In this document: positions 20,393 to 30,361 of the stretch, piece after piece | Layout of the letters: the number at the start of each line of letters is the position of its first letter | Numbering within the stretch: the stretch's first letter is position 1 | Origin: a virus | Virus record (IMG/VR): IMGVR_UViG_3300029922_000003 | Reading direction: 5' to 3' (one strand) | DNA: 64,000 bases | The notes under the pieces: generated by a model | What the model was told of the DNA's origin: nothing | Seen by the model: the letters and a program-made list of their open reading frames with translations, nothing else | Database searches by the model: none | Translations under genes and position numbers: made by a program

Positions 20393-21067
20393 TTAGCCCT
20401 GAAGCTTGCTCGCTAAAAATCCACTAGTAATATCTCTACCATGTTGACCAGCGTCCAATCTATCTTTTAGCCACAGTCTAGATGCATCTACCCCAGATTG
20501 TGGCTGGGGAGAGACCCCAGGTATCTTTATGTCAGTACTTGACCTAGTAAGTTTTCCCAAAAGATCATTTATCTTAATGGAGTTGTCTTCCCCGTAAATA
20601 GATGGGTTTAGTTTATACCCATGATGCTCCATCATTTCCCCCTCTAGTCCTGCCGCCTCCGCAAGACTTGACCCTTGCGTAATTTGCTCATTAAGAGGCA
20701 AGGTCTTCATGTATGGACTATTTTTGACAATGTGATCCATTAGAGATTGCTCCTCAGGTCTTCTCCCTGTGAGCCTACCAAACTCGTTCGACTCAAACAC
20801 CGCCTGCCCTGTCGGAGCTGCAAAACCTTTTCTTACAATATCTGGACCAAAATTTTTTATCTGCCTTAATTGATTCGCAGCAGCATTCCTAGACCTTCCA
20901 ATCATATCACCTATTACATTAGAAATTACATCAGGACTATGACCAATTATTCCACTCTCGAAAGGTCTTCCTTTTGATAAAAGACCTCGTAGTTCCTCTA
21001 GCATATGTAGCCCACCAGCAGCTTCCTTGTGTATTTCTGTTAAATATAGTTTTGCGTATTTATTCAT
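20393..21067 (-). CDS. MNKYA-leader protein, probable internal head protein
   Basis: Starts MNKYAKLYLTEIHKEAAG. Confidence 0.7.
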   Translation of the reverse strand: MNKYAKLYLTEIHKEAAGGLHMLEELRGLLSKGRPFESGIIGHSPDVISNVIGDMIGRSRNAAANQLRQIKNFGPDIVRKGFAAPTGQAVFESNEFGRLTGRRPEEQSLMDHIVKNSPYMKTLPLNEQITQGSSLAEAAGLEGEMMEHHGYKLNPSIYGEDNSIKINDLLGKLTRSSTDIKIPGVSPQPQSGVDASRLWLKDRLDAGQHGRDITSGFLASKLQG

Positions 21068-21069
21068 AA

Positions 21070-21564
21070 TTATTGTTTGTTTGAAATTCTGCTCAAGAGA
21101 TCTGCGACTGAAACTGATGGAAGCATTGCTTTGTCTCCAGCAGTAACTGCAGCATTGGCTGTATGTTTGACTGGCTTCATCAAGCTCTCGAGAAGTCCAC
21201 CTTCTGGAGTGCCAGCACCGATAGCGGCATCTCTGGCATTTCCCTGAAGTGATGTAACACCCTGAGCAATGGTAGGAGCAGCAAGAGCAGCACCGACGCC
21301 AATCCCACCACCGGCAAGCATACCTTTGATGGCTTCACTCACTCGGCTCTTCTTGTGACCGTGAGAATCGTATCCAGGTTCCTTTACTGCTCCAGCAATT
21401 CCACCGATGCCGGCACCAATTGCTCCAAGAGCAGGAGCACCTTCAGTGAGGGCCTGAGTAGTATCAAAAGGATGATAGTTCTTAACAGCTGTGGCAGTCT
21501 GGTCTGCAATTCCACCAAGGGATTTGGAGACCTGGTCAAAGTATTGATTGGCGTATTTATTCAT
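21070..21564 (-). CDS. MNKYA-leader glycine-zipper protein
   Basis: Starts MNKYANQYFDQVSK; two Gly-zipper helices. Confidence 0.75.
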   Translation of the reverse strand: MNKYANQYFDQVSKSLGGIADQTATAVKNYHPFDTTQALTEGAPALGAIGAGIGGIAGAVKEPGYDSHGHKKSRVSEAIKGMLAGGGIGVGAALAAPTIAQGVTSLQGNARDAAIGAGTPEGGLLESLMKPVKHTANAAVTAGDKAMLPSVSVADLLSRISNKQ

Positions 21565-21567
21565 GAA

Positions 21568-21903
21568 TTAAGTGTATTTGGGAATAGAAGCAGCGGTAAT
21601 TGCTCCAACAGGGATTCCTGCAGCAGCTCCGACTCCAAGTCCAACAGCTCCACCAGCAAGCATCCTCTTGAGAGCCTCTTTAATGCGGCTCTTTTGATGG
21701 CCCTGCTCATCAACACCTGGGTCTATTGCTCCGCTAAGAGCACCAATAGTTCCTCCTGCCATCAACCCCTTTGCACCCAAAGCTCCCATAGACCCAGCAA
21801 CTATTGCAGAACTTGGGATTGTATCATTTTGTAGGCCACCATTTATGTTCCAGGATGCCTGCTTGTCTAAATTATCGAAGTATTGATTGGCGTACTTGTT
21901 CAT
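21568..21903 (-). CDS. MNKYA-leader glycine-zipper protein, paralog of previous gene
   Basis: Starts MNKYANQYFDNLDKQAS; shares PG.D..GH.KSR..EA.K.MLAGG. Confidence 0.75.
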   Translation of the reverse strand: MNKYANQYFDNLDKQASWNINGGLQNDTIPSSAIVAGSMGALGAKGLMAGGTIGALSGAIDPGVDEQGHQKSRIKEALKRMLAGGAVGLGVGAAAGIPVGAITAASIPKYT

Positions 21904-22064
21904 CGCTTAAATCTATCAAAGATTCTACTCGCAATAAAGAATATTAGTAAAATAACAATAGCATACAGCGCCGGAGCCTCTGGGACGGGATGTATGTGGT
22001 GATCGTCGTCGTTGAAACTTCCAGGAACTATACTGTTTGCGTTCAAGGTAAGAGAGTTGTCCAT
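21900..22064 (-). CDS. 54-aa membrane protein with PEP-CTERM-like C-terminus
   Basis: Not in ORF track. MDNSLTLNANSIVPGSFNDDDHHIHPVPEAPALYAIVILLIFFIASRIFDRFKR; TAATG overlap upstream and ATGA overlap downstream. Confidence 0.75.
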   Translation of the reverse strand: MDNSLTLNANSIVPGSFNDDDHHIHPVPEAPALYAIVILLIFFIASRIFDRFKR

Positions 22065-22324
22065 TAATGGAAGTTTGATTTGAATACGTCTGGGCTCATT
22101 GGGTAGTACTGACCAGATGCTTCTAGGATGTAATCACCAGGGCAAACCTTAAATAGATTGCCGTTGCTCTGAATGATCCCATGTGTACTGTTTTTGTTTT
22201 TGCAGAATCTACAAATGGGGTCAGGACCCTGTGTAGACTTCAGGTTCTTGACATGGGGGTGTGGTTTGTCCTGACTCCAGAGAGAAGCCTGTACCTCTGA
22301 ACCCTTTTTGTTGTAGAGAGCCAT
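22064..22324 (-). CDS. Small phage protein, PGDYG-like family
   Basis: HGII...VCPGDYIL...GQYYPMSPDVF pattern. Confidence 0.6.
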   Translation of the reverse strand: MALYNKKGSEVQASLWSQDKPHPHVKNLKSTQGPDPICRFCKNKNSTHGIIQSNGNLFKVCPGDYILEASGQYYPMSPDVFKSNFH

Positions 22325-22442
22325 GGGTTAATTGTAGCATGTCAGTTGTCTCTAGTGCATCTCTTTCTAAAAAAATATTTTAAGATATTTTTAGGAAAAA
22401 CATGAACATGAATTGTTGTTAACAATATAACTACAAAAGAAA

Positions 22443-22468
22443 AGGCCCAGCAATTTCTTGCTGGGCCT
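22443..22468 (-). terminator. Rho-independent terminator after major capsid gene
   Basis: AGGCCCAGCAA/TTGCTGGGCCT 11-bp stem followed by T-rich tract on minus strand. Confidence 0.85.
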
Positions 22469-22487
22469 GTGAACTTTCTATTCTGTA

Positions 22488-23519
22488 TTACCAGAATTTA
22501 GCTTTCGAGACGCCAAAGCAGTTACCGAGGCTTGCACCAATACTGGAATACAAGAACCACTCAAGCATGAACGCTCTGCGATCCACGAACATCGTAGGCT
22601 GCTCAAGCTCATAGAACTTGCCCAGGAACTGGGGAGCTGCGAAGGCGTAAACCTCACCGTCCTTGATGATGTCATCCTTGATGGTGAACAAGTGCTTCTG
22701 TCCCAACAGGGTCGTTTCCGTGAGACCGTTCTTGAACAGCTCTTCGGAGAGATCACCGATGTTGGAGTGTTGGAACTTGAGGTACTCGCGTCCTGTATTC
22801 ACGTTCATCACGATCAGATCGGGATTGAGGCGAATAGGAGTACTGTACTGACCAAGTGTTCCACCACCAGGGGTGAAGCCTGTGCTCATGATCTTCAGGA
22901 AGTCAACGATGTTGCTGCGGGTAAACCCATCAGTAGCACCGTTCGGGTTGCCCCAAACATTTGTGAAGTCATAGAACTGTACCTTGCCGGTTACTGGGCT
23001 GACGTTCGATCCACCAGTAGGTGCAGCGAAAGTTCCGCCAGTAGGGGCAGCAGAAGGAAGGACGATAGCATTGACCGACTGGAAGAACGGAACGTCCTCA
23101 GCTGTCATGTGATCCTTGACTGCATTCTCCTTGAACACATTGCGGATGTCGTAGTCGTAACCTTCAAGACGGCGAGCGTCCTGGAAGAAACTTGGACTCA
23201 CAATGCGAGCAAAGTCAACGCGATAGCGGTCACCCTTCATGATGCGGTTCTTAGGAAGTGTAGCAAAACCAACTGTCATGGACAGTGGCTGGCCAACTTC
23301 CTTGTCGACGATCTTGACAGGCTCTTCAGTGTCGAGCTGTTTGTCGAGCTCGGCAGTGGTGATTGTCTGAGGGGGAAGGATCTTGCGGAGCAGTCCCTCT
23401 TCGCGAAGAGTCAGACGAGTATAGTCCGTGGCGACCTCAGCGGCCTTATCAAGATTACCAGAGGCAATCTTCTCCATGAACTTGTCGTTGATCAATTTTG
23501 CGGGAATATCTTTATTCAT
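22488..23519 (-). CDS. Major capsid protein
   Basis: 343 aa after scaffold and decoration genes, strong terminator, DYTRLTLREEGLLRKILPPQ pattern; N-terminal EKIAS site. Confidence 0.8.
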   Translation of the reverse strand: MNKDIPAKLINDKFMEKIASGNLDKAAEVATDYTRLTLREEGLLRKILPPQTITTAELDKQLDTEEPVKIVDKEVGQPLSMTVGFATLPKNRIMKGDRYRVDFARIVSPSFFQDARRLEGYDYDIRNVFKENAVKDHMTAEDVPFFQSVNAIVLPSAAPTGGTFAAPTGGSNVSPVTGKVQFYDFTNVWGNPNGATDGFTRSNIVDFLKIMSTGFTPGGGTLGQYSTPIRLNPDLIVMNVNTGREYLKFQHSNIGDLSEELFKNGLTETTLLGQKHLFTIKDDIIKDGEVYAFAAPQFLGKFYELEQPTMFVDRRAFMLEWFLYSSIGASLGNCFGVSKAKFW

Positions 23520-23544
23520 AAAATTATTTTCCTGTGTTTAGCTA

Positions 23545-24018
23545 TTAGCTGATGCGATGGCTAGTGGAAGGAATGTAGGTAAGATAAGTCTTCGTACCGA
23601 GGGAATAAGGGGCAACCGAAACGGTGCCGATAATCACTTCGCCAGAAGCAGCTTTCTTGATGGTACCAGCGGGAGCCGAAACCGGATCGCCGATGTTGTA
23701 GGAGGCGGCTGTGTAAACAGCAGTTTCGATCTCAAGCGCATTGCTGAAAGCGATACCGTGAATAGCACCATAACCAACCTGGACATATGACGTAGGGTTG
23801 TCCGATCCACGGTTAGTGGAAGGATCCGTAGCGTCGACCATGATCACAAAAGGGATCTGGTCCACTGAGGTAACTCCGAGCTGCCATACACCTGCGGTGG
23901 ACACGGTAGCAATGAGTCCCTGTGAGAGCGTCACGCCGGAACCGGCGGGAAGACTCTTTTCAACAATAAACGGACTGGGCCAGCCCTTTGTAATGTTGAC
24001 ATTGACTTGTAGAGACAT
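23545..24018 (-). CDS. Probable capsid decoration protein
   Basis: 157 aa immediately upstream of MCP; YNIGDPVSAPAGTIKKA..IGTV. Confidence 0.65.
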   Translation of the reverse strand: MSLQVNVNITKGWPSPFIVEKSLPAGSGVTLSQGLIATVSTAGVWQLGVTSVDQIPFVIMVDATDPSTNRGSDNPTSYVQVGYGAIHGIAFSNALEIETAVYTAASYNIGDPVSAPAGTIKKAASGEVIIGTVSVAPYSLGTKTYLTYIPSTSHRIS

Positions 24019-24166
24019 TGTATTTTTTTCCTTGTTTTGGATTTGCTCCTACTACATTCCGCTTAGCAGAATCATCTCGAGAGCTTGATGAGATCAACCT
24101 AAGTATTACTTAGAATTGACGTTGAATATATATTGCGTTAAATCCTTATTTTTTGCAACATTTATT

Positions 24167-24565
24167 TTAGCCTTCCATCGCAAGTCTCTCGAACGGATCG
24201 AGATTTGCTGTGGAAGGAACGTCACCAGCGGAACCGAAGCTATCAGCTTTAAGTTCTCCAGCTAGCTTATCTAGTACATTAAAAATTTCAGAAGGATCTT
24301 CGACGAGCGTTTTTACGAAAGCCACCTTGTTAGAGTCTTCAAGAATCCCACGAGTAACGAGAGTGTTCGCGACCTTATTGACGTTGGTGCGGAATTCCTC
24401 TTCACGCTCTTTAGCGGTCTTCTCAAGCTTTTCGAGCTTGAGGGAGGCCTCTTTGTAGCGTGGCTGAATATCATGGAGGGTCTTCTGGGCTTCAAAAGCC
24501 GAGACCGATTGCTCTGCGAGTTTCGCTGCATCTTCGATGATTTGTTTAACAATAGTGTTATTCAT
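24167..24565 (-). CDS. Coiled-coil head/scaffold protein
   Basis: 132 aa heptad-rich. Confidence 0.55.
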   Translation of the reverse strand: MNNTIVKQIIEDAAKLAEQSVSAFEAQKTLHDIQPRYKEASLKLEKLEKTAKEREEEFRTNVNKVANTLVTRGILEDSNKVAFVKTLVEDPSEIFNVLDKLAGELKADSFGSAGDVPSTANLDPFERLAMEG

Positions 24566-24567
24566 GA

Positions 24568-26298
24568 TTACTCTGCGTCAGGGGATTCTTCTTTCTTCTC
24601 TTCTTTTTCCTCTTTCTTAGGCTCTTCCTTCTTTTCAGCAGGAGCGCCTTCTGATTTTTCTGGAGGGGCGGGAGGACCATCTTGAGAAGGGGCATCTCCA
24701 CCTGGGGCTCCACCAGGAGCTGCACCATCTGGCGCACCACCCTGATCACCACCGCCGGTTAGTCCAAGTTCGTGTAGAACCTGAGTAGCCTCTTCTTCCG
24801 AAATCTGTCCAGTCTGGAGAAGCTCTTGGAGAGCCTGAAGGATCTGCTGCATTTCTGGAGGAAGATTAGCGATCTTCTCTTCGCGAACTGCGGCTACCTT
24901 AGAAACAATAGCTGATTTGATATTCTCTTTGGCAAGAACCTTAGCGTCTTCGATAGCAGCCTGCTTGAGGTAATCCTCAATCTGCTCTTCGTTGTACCCA
25001 GCGGCCTTGAGCTGCTCTGCCTTGTCAGAAACTAACTTAGCGATCTTCTCGTTGATCTCGATCTCTTCAGTGGCTTTCTTTACAAAAGCGTCGATATCTT
25101 CCTTGCTGTAGCCGAGTTCTGTGAGAGCGGCAACCTTACGGCCAATAAATTCATTGATGGAAGCCTCTTTCTTCTTAGAAGATAGAGTCTCTGCATCAAA
25201 CTTAGCAGCCTGCTTGACAAGCTCAGTAATCTCCGCATCAGTCTTGCCTTCGGAAACCCATGTGGCGACCTTAGCATTGATGTTAACTTCGATCTGAGCG
25301 ACCTGCTCGGGAGTAAAAAGTTCGGCAGCAACCTTACCTGGGACCTGTTCTGGTCCAGGGGCAGCATCACCAGAGGCACCTGGAGCAGCTCCACCTTGAG
25401 AGGCGGACTGAAGTTCCATAACAATCTGCTGAGCCTGCTCTGGAGTGACCTGCCCTTCTTGGACAAGTTCCTGAAGAGCCTGAAGGATGGCCTGGATTTC
25501 TCCACCACCATCTCCACCAGCTGCGGAAGGATCAGGGGCTCCACCAGCGTCAGGGCCGGCAGCAGCACCAGCGTCGGGAGCGGGGGCTCCACCAGCGGCA
25601 GAAGGGTCTACGGTAGGAGGGGTTACGTCATCGGCAACCTTACGTCCGAGTGTGGAAAACAGAAAACGTCCAAGCTCATATCCAACGGAAACGTTGCGAT
25701 AGCTGGAAGCAATTTTGGTAGCAATAAGATCTAGCTTATCTTCGGAAGCAGCCTTCTCTTCGCGATCATCCTTTTCGAGTTCTTTCTTAGCATCGGGCTT
25801 CTTCTCATCCTCATCAGCCTTAGTGACTGTAGCGGGTTCTGGGAGCTTGCGAGATGTTTTGGAATCTTTATCGCCCTTAGCGACCTCTTCGAGTGATTCG
25901 CCCTTGCCCTTAGCAGCTGGGGTCTCATCCTTCTCGATCTCTTCCTGAGCAACCTTGATGCTATTTAGGAGACGATTAACAAGAGACTCTGGCTCGTCGG
26001 AAGCAACCTTGCTGGAAGCAGGAACTTCTTTGCGCTCAGGAGACTCTTCCTTGGGGGAGAATTGTCCTTCGACTTTCTCGTCAGCCTCTACGCCGCGAGT
26101 AGAAAGTGGGTCAGTTGGTCCACCCTTAGTCTCACCACCACCAGGAAGCTCTTCTTTAACTTCTGGGTCAGTGTGTGCTTCTGGTGCCTTGGAATCTTCC
26201 TTGCCCTGCTCATAAAGAGCAATCTTTTCGGATTCCCCAACGAACTTGCGGAAGTCTTCTAGTGTGGCATTGAATTTGGGAGCTTTTCTCTTATTCAT
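24568..26298 (-). CDS. Probable prohead scaffold/core protein
   Basis: 576 aa acidic low-complexity protein between protease and capsid genes; about 18 K-x-A sites. Confidence 0.65.
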   Translation of the reverse strand: MNKRKAPKFNATLEDFRKFVGESEKIALYEQGKEDSKAPEAHTDPEVKEELPGGGETKGGPTDPLSTRGVEADEKVEGQFSPKEESPERKEVPASSKVASDEPESLVNRLLNSIKVAQEEIEKDETPAAKGKGESLEEVAKGDKDSKTSRKLPEPATVTKADEDEKKPDAKKELEKDDREEKAASEDKLDLIATKIASSYRNVSVGYELGRFLFSTLGRKVADDVTPPTVDPSAAGGAPAPDAGAAAGPDAGGAPDPSAAGGDGGGEIQAILQALQELVQEGQVTPEQAQQIVMELQSASQGGAAPGASGDAAPGPEQVPGKVAAELFTPEQVAQIEVNINAKVATWVSEGKTDAEITELVKQAAKFDAETLSSKKKEASINEFIGRKVAALTELGYSKEDIDAFVKKATEEIEINEKIAKLVSDKAEQLKAAGYNEEQIEDYLKQAAIEDAKVLAKENIKSAIVSKVAAVREEKIANLPPEMQQILQALQELLQTGQISEEEATQVLHELGLTGGGDQGGAPDGAAPGGAPGGDAPSQDGPPAPPEKSEGAPAEKKEEPKKEEKEEKKEESPDAE

Positions 26299-26360
26299 AG
26301 TATTTGATAATGATGTTACGTGGGTTTTGTTTTTGTGTCTATTAAAAATTGATGAAATAG

Positions 26361-27689
26361 TTAATTTAATACAAGAGCATTAAATATCATTTCATCATTC
26401 GCTGACACGCTTTCCAAGACAGCTACCTTGTATGCCAGATACTGCCTCACAAGAGCTTGTGATTGTGCAGTAGCCCCAGACTTACATTGCGTCTGAGTCG
26501 GCGTCATTAGTGCTGCCATCTTGATTTTTTCTTCCTGCCATGTTGGCTCAATTGAAAACTGTCTCAATTCTGAAGTTGTGCCCTGAGTGAGGGGAATATT
26601 AATTGATGTGTTAGGATCAAATTCATGAATAGAAGCAATAGACTCGAGATTGCTAGCTTCTTTCAATTCACGCCTAATGCACTCACGAAGAATTGGCTCA
26701 GCTTGTTTGATGATTAATTCAAAGTCTTGATATCTAGATCCAGAAGCTAGTTTGAAGAAGTTTTTAAATGATAGTATGGACCCACTCTTTGCAAGAGCCC
26801 CAAACATTTCCTTCGGTGATTTATCCTGGAGTTCTCGCACAGCAGACTCAGAAAGGTCAATGTGATCCACTGGACTGTTGATGGACTTAACCCCAATAGC
26901 ATCAATACGCTTTTGCATCTCAGATAGTTTCTGTGCAATAGCCAACTTAGAAGTAGAGAGGATTCTATTCTCCAATAGCTCGGCAAGATCAGCCCCACCT
27001 AGTACCTCAGAGGAGTCAATTCCTGCAACCTTTGCAAGATCCATAGCAATCATGTCTGCGCCACGGTCAACCTTAGAGATATCATTCCAATATCCAGATT
27101 CGTTGATCATGTAGCACTTACGTCCATCAGGTAAAATTCTGTTTCTTCCAAAGGGAGCGCTGGCCTTCTTCTTGAGGTGCTCACAATACTGACTAGCGGT
27201 CTTACTGATGTTCCCACAAATACTGCACGTGTCGTGATCGCAATGCCAACCCATACTGAACTTCGCCTCTCCCCCTTTCTCTAGGTTTCCAAGCCAATCA
27301 GCACACTTGTCGTGGCTTGCAGCGATTAGGAGTTCGACTCTACCCATCTTTTCGTTGTAGGCAGATCTGATCACATCTCCGTCCCTCTGCTCACGCGGGA
27401 TCTTGCTGTTGTGGTTGCGATAAAGATTTGCCTTCTTAACAAAAGTGTCGTGAGAATTACGGCAGATAGCTTCTGGGAAAAAATCTGCATTAAGGTTTGA
27501 CCCAGTTTTCTCGCCAGCACCAAGTGCAATCAGGTGAATTAGTGTATGATCCTTGATGGGAGTAATCTCACCCCACGAATCCGTAACAGCACTAGCGATC
27601 TTACGACGGTCCTTAGGGTCGTCGACAATCTTTACAAGATGCTCTGCCTCTGGATAATCAAAGGAATCGTTGAATACTAATTTTCTCAT
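26361..27689 (-). CDS. Probable prohead maturation protease with Cys/His Zn-binding insert
   Basis: Candidate His (LYRNHN) and Ser (KFSMG) in HK97/herpes-type order; CSICGN..CEH; DISKV..GAD; upstream of scaffold and MCP. Confidence 0.65.
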   Translation of the reverse strand: MRKLVFNDSFDYPEAEHLVKIVDDPKDRRKIASAVTDSWGEITPIKDHTLIHLIALGAGEKTGSNLNADFFPEAICRNSHDTFVKKANLYRNHNSKIPREQRDGDVIRSAYNEKMGRVELLIAASHDKCADWLGNLEKGGEAKFSMGWHCDHDTCSICGNISKTASQYCEHLKKKASAPFGRNRILPDGRKCYMINESGYWNDISKVDRGADMIAMDLAKVAGIDSSEVLGGADLAELLENRILSTSKLAIAQKLSEMQKRIDAIGVKSINSPVDHIDLSESAVRELQDKSPKEMFGALAKSGSILSFKNFFKLASGSRYQDFELIIKQAEPILRECIRRELKEASNLESIASIHEFDPNTSINIPLTQGTTSELRQFSIEPTWQEEKIKMAALMTPTQTQCKSGATAQSQALVRQYLAYKVAVLESVSANDEMIFNALVLN

Positions 27690-28537
27690 TATGAGTTCTG
27701 AAAGGCGGGACGATTGGCAAACGCCTGATAAAGAAATGTTGTCAGAGCGGCTCCACCCAATCCACCAACAAGGTGTTTACTCACTCCTCCAAGGGATTTA
27801 ATCCCTGGGCGATATCTGGTAGCAGCCTGAACGTCTGCAGCCATTGAGTTGTTTTTAGTAGCCTTAGCTAGAAGATCTTTTAATTCCTTAAGCCTATCCT
27901 CTCCTTCTCCCTGATTCATTGCTTTGTCGTAATTGTCAGCAGCAGCAGTTAGTCCAACACCAGCTCCTTGGGCAGCAGTTCCAGCGGCTGCATAATTCTT
28001 CATTGCAATGTTTTTATCAAGGTGAGCCAATCCAGCACCACCAAGAGCACCAGCACCAGCTACAGCGCTAGTTGGGTTGATCGAGAAAGACTTAATTTTG
28101 TCCCATACACTAGGAACTGGATCAGGGCCAGCCCCTACCATCTTAGCAACAGAAGAGACGGCAGCAGGAGCAGCTAGTCCAGCAACGCCTCCAGCGGCAG
28201 CTCCAGTGAGCATTGAGTTTCTCTTGCGAGACTTGAAGTCGTCGTCAGTTTCAAATTCCCCCTGAGAACCGGTCTGGCTACCAATAGCAGCACCTAGCCC
28301 AGCTCCGGCAAGTCCAGTAGCAGCAGGTACTAGTGATGGATTCTTTTGGAAAGCAGTAGAGGCAGTGTCTGTAGCTTTCCCAAGAGCGTTGAGGATCTCA
28401 TCTTTGATACCAGCGTTCTTCACGCAAGTAAGAGCAAGATCTCCAATCTGTGCATCGAAGCACTGAAGCAAGAGCTTCTCATTTGGCTGAGATGCAAGTT
28501 TTTGGTCTACTCGTTTAAAAAGTTCAGTGAAGTCCAT
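27689..28537 (-). CDS. Glycine-zipper probable internal head protein
   Basis: MDFTELFKRVDQKLAS leader; several Gly-zipper segments. Confidence 0.65.
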   Translation of the reverse strand: MDFTELFKRVDQKLASQPNEKLLLQCFDAQIGDLALTCVKNAGIKDEILNALGKATDTASTAFQKNPSLVPAATGLAGAGLGAAIGSQTGSQGEFETDDDFKSRKRNSMLTGAAAGGVAGLAAPAAVSSVAKMVGAGPDPVPSVWDKIKSFSINPTSAVAGAGALGGAGLAHLDKNIAMKNYAAAGTAAQGAGVGLTAAADNYDKAMNQGEGEDRLKELKDLLAKATKNNSMAADVQAATRYRPGIKSLGGVSKHLVGGLGGAALTTFLYQAFANRPAFQNS

Positions 28538-28540
28538 AAA

Positions 28541-28906
28541 TTATACGTTGGTAACAGCCTCTCCAGAAAATGTATCAGACAGTGCCCTAAGAGTTGTTAG
28601 TGCTGTAGTGATTCTAGTCACTAGGATAGCAGCTAGAGCAGAGGACCTGGCAGCAGCGTTGGAATATGTTCCTCCATCAAAGGAGAATGTAAATGGCTGA
28701 AACCCTTTGCGAATATATACATACCTATCTGGAAGGGTCCAGGTGCTTGTAGTGTCATCATCTACGTTGCCATAGAATCCACCAACATCAACCTGGGGCT
28801 CTCCGAACTTCTGCATTGCAGCAAGATCGTCCTGGGAAAACTCTTCGTTCTTGATATCTACAAAGAACTTGTCGTCAGCTACATATTTAATAACTCTGAT
28901 TTTCAT
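28541..28906 (-). CDS. Hypothetical head-module protein
   Basis: 121 aa tightly packed ORF. Confidence 0.6.
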   Translation of the reverse strand: MKIRVIKYVADDKFFVDIKNEEFSQDDLAAMQKFGEPQVDVGGFYGNVDDDTTSTWTLPDRYVYIRKGFQPFTFSFDGGTYSNAAARSSALAAILVTRITTALTTLRALSDTFSGEAVTNV

Positions 28907-28908
28907 GA

Positions 28909-30342
28909 TTATTTACCTTGGGTAGCAGAAAAGTTTTTGGTCTTCAGGAGATTGTGCTCCAACTCCACAAGGGAGTTGGCAAAGTGAGGATCAATAGTTT
29001 GGGCAGTCCCCTGACGGAGAACCGAGCGAACAACATCCTTGATCATACTTGCGTGAGGAGCAAGTTCTGACATTGCATTGTAAGCATTAGCTACCTCTGC
29101 AGGATCCTGCTGAGAGATAATCTCGTCATGCATAAGCTCGCGGAGGATGGCTTCTCTCTTGATGTTTTCAACATCGTGGTCAGCCTGGGCTTTGATCTTG
29201 GGATGAGAATTGCCCTTTAGCTTAAGCTCATAGCCCTTACTGGCAAGATCGTCCTCAGAGCTGTGAGCGGGAACCAAACCAGAAACTCCAGAGATAGTCT
29301 TAGCTGGTCCATCCACTAGGGTATCAAGGATACCTGGGATCTTAGGGGCTTTAAATCCACCACTAGATGGCTTTGGTTTCGCAGGGGCATCTTCTGCCCC
29401 TTCTTTTTCAAAAAAAAGGGAATACGAGATATCACTAACCAAATCAACTGGGAATTCAGCAAACTTGTGAGATGCGACCTTCTTGTTGGATGATCCACCC
29501 CAAAGAAGATCAGAAGCATTGGATTTTTGCTCTACGATATTTCCAGCCTTCCTTACCAAAGACTTTAATTCTGCCTGCTTAGAATTAACCTCTTCCAGGG
29601 AGTTATTGAACTGAGCAGAATGCGTGGAGTACCTAGAGTCAGCCTCTACCATTTTCTCAAAAGCATCCATAAATGACGTAACCTTGTATGGTACGTGAGC
29701 AGCAATCTTGGGTGTCATCTCTGACATAGAGATCCCGTTACATTTGGCTACCAAGCCAAGGATCTTTCCGGCCCTTGGTGTATCAGAGTACTCTGAGAAA
29801 ATCTGAGCTGCATAGTCTGCAATTTTTTCTCTCTCGTGAGTGTACTGTAGAAGGTCGGTTGCTTCCTTCAGGGCCGAGGTAAAATTTTCTTTAGCCTCCA
29901 CGACAGAATCACGAGCTTCAGACAGTTCCCTGTCCTGCTCACCAATGGCGTGGTAAGCCTCTTTAATTCGAGAAGCTAGTGGCCTCTCAGAAGTGCTGGA
30001 TACAGAGTAATTATCCTCAACAACATTACCAGTGAATACTGCGTTAAAGTCGTCATCAAAAGACTGGAAAGATGCTGTTTTATCCTGCTTAGTAGTTGGA
30101 GCAAATGATTGCTTGATGATCTCCTTCTTGTCAGCAATATCAAAGTCAGCTGTCTTATCAGAAGCCAGTTTTACATAAGCCTTTGTCTTAGCAATATTAA
30201 AGGCTTCAACAACTCTGCTAATTGTCTCTGGGTTGAGCTCCTGCTCCTGGGCTACCTTAACAATGCTCTCGTTTGCAGAGAGTCCACTGTTGTGTAGCTT
30301 GATAGCACTATTTAGTGCGTTTTCGATGCGCTCGTAGATCAT
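28909..30342 (-). CDS. K-x-A-rich coiled-coil head protein
   Basis: 477 aa; KVAQ, KLAS, KTAD, KTAS, KIAD, KIAA, KVAS, KFAE. Confidence 0.65.
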   Translation of the reverse strand: MIYERIENALNSAIKLHNSGLSANESIVKVAQEQELNPETISRVVEAFNIAKTKAYVKLASDKTADFDIADKKEIIKQSFAPTTKQDKTASFQSFDDDFNAVFTGNVVEDNYSVSSTSERPLASRIKEAYHAIGEQDRELSEARDSVVEAKENFTSALKEATDLLQYTHEREKIADYAAQIFSEYSDTPRAGKILGLVAKCNGISMSEMTPKIAAHVPYKVTSFMDAFEKMVEADSRYSTHSAQFNNSLEEVNSKQAELKSLVRKAGNIVEQKSNASDLLWGGSSNKKVASHKFAEFPVDLVSDISYSLFFEKEGAEDAPAKPKPSSGGFKAPKIPGILDTLVDGPAKTISGVSGLVPAHSSEDDLASKGYELKLKGNSHPKIKAQADHDVENIKREAILRELMHDEIISQQDPAEVANAYNAMSELAPHASMIKDVVRSVLRQGTAQTIDPHFANSLVELEHNLLKTKNFSATQGK

Positions 30343-30361
30343 GTTTCAAATATACCTTATG

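Noticed and set aside
22692-23552. 286-aa plus-strand ORF opposite the major capsid gene
   Set aside because: Antisense shadow of a codon-biased gene; no motifs
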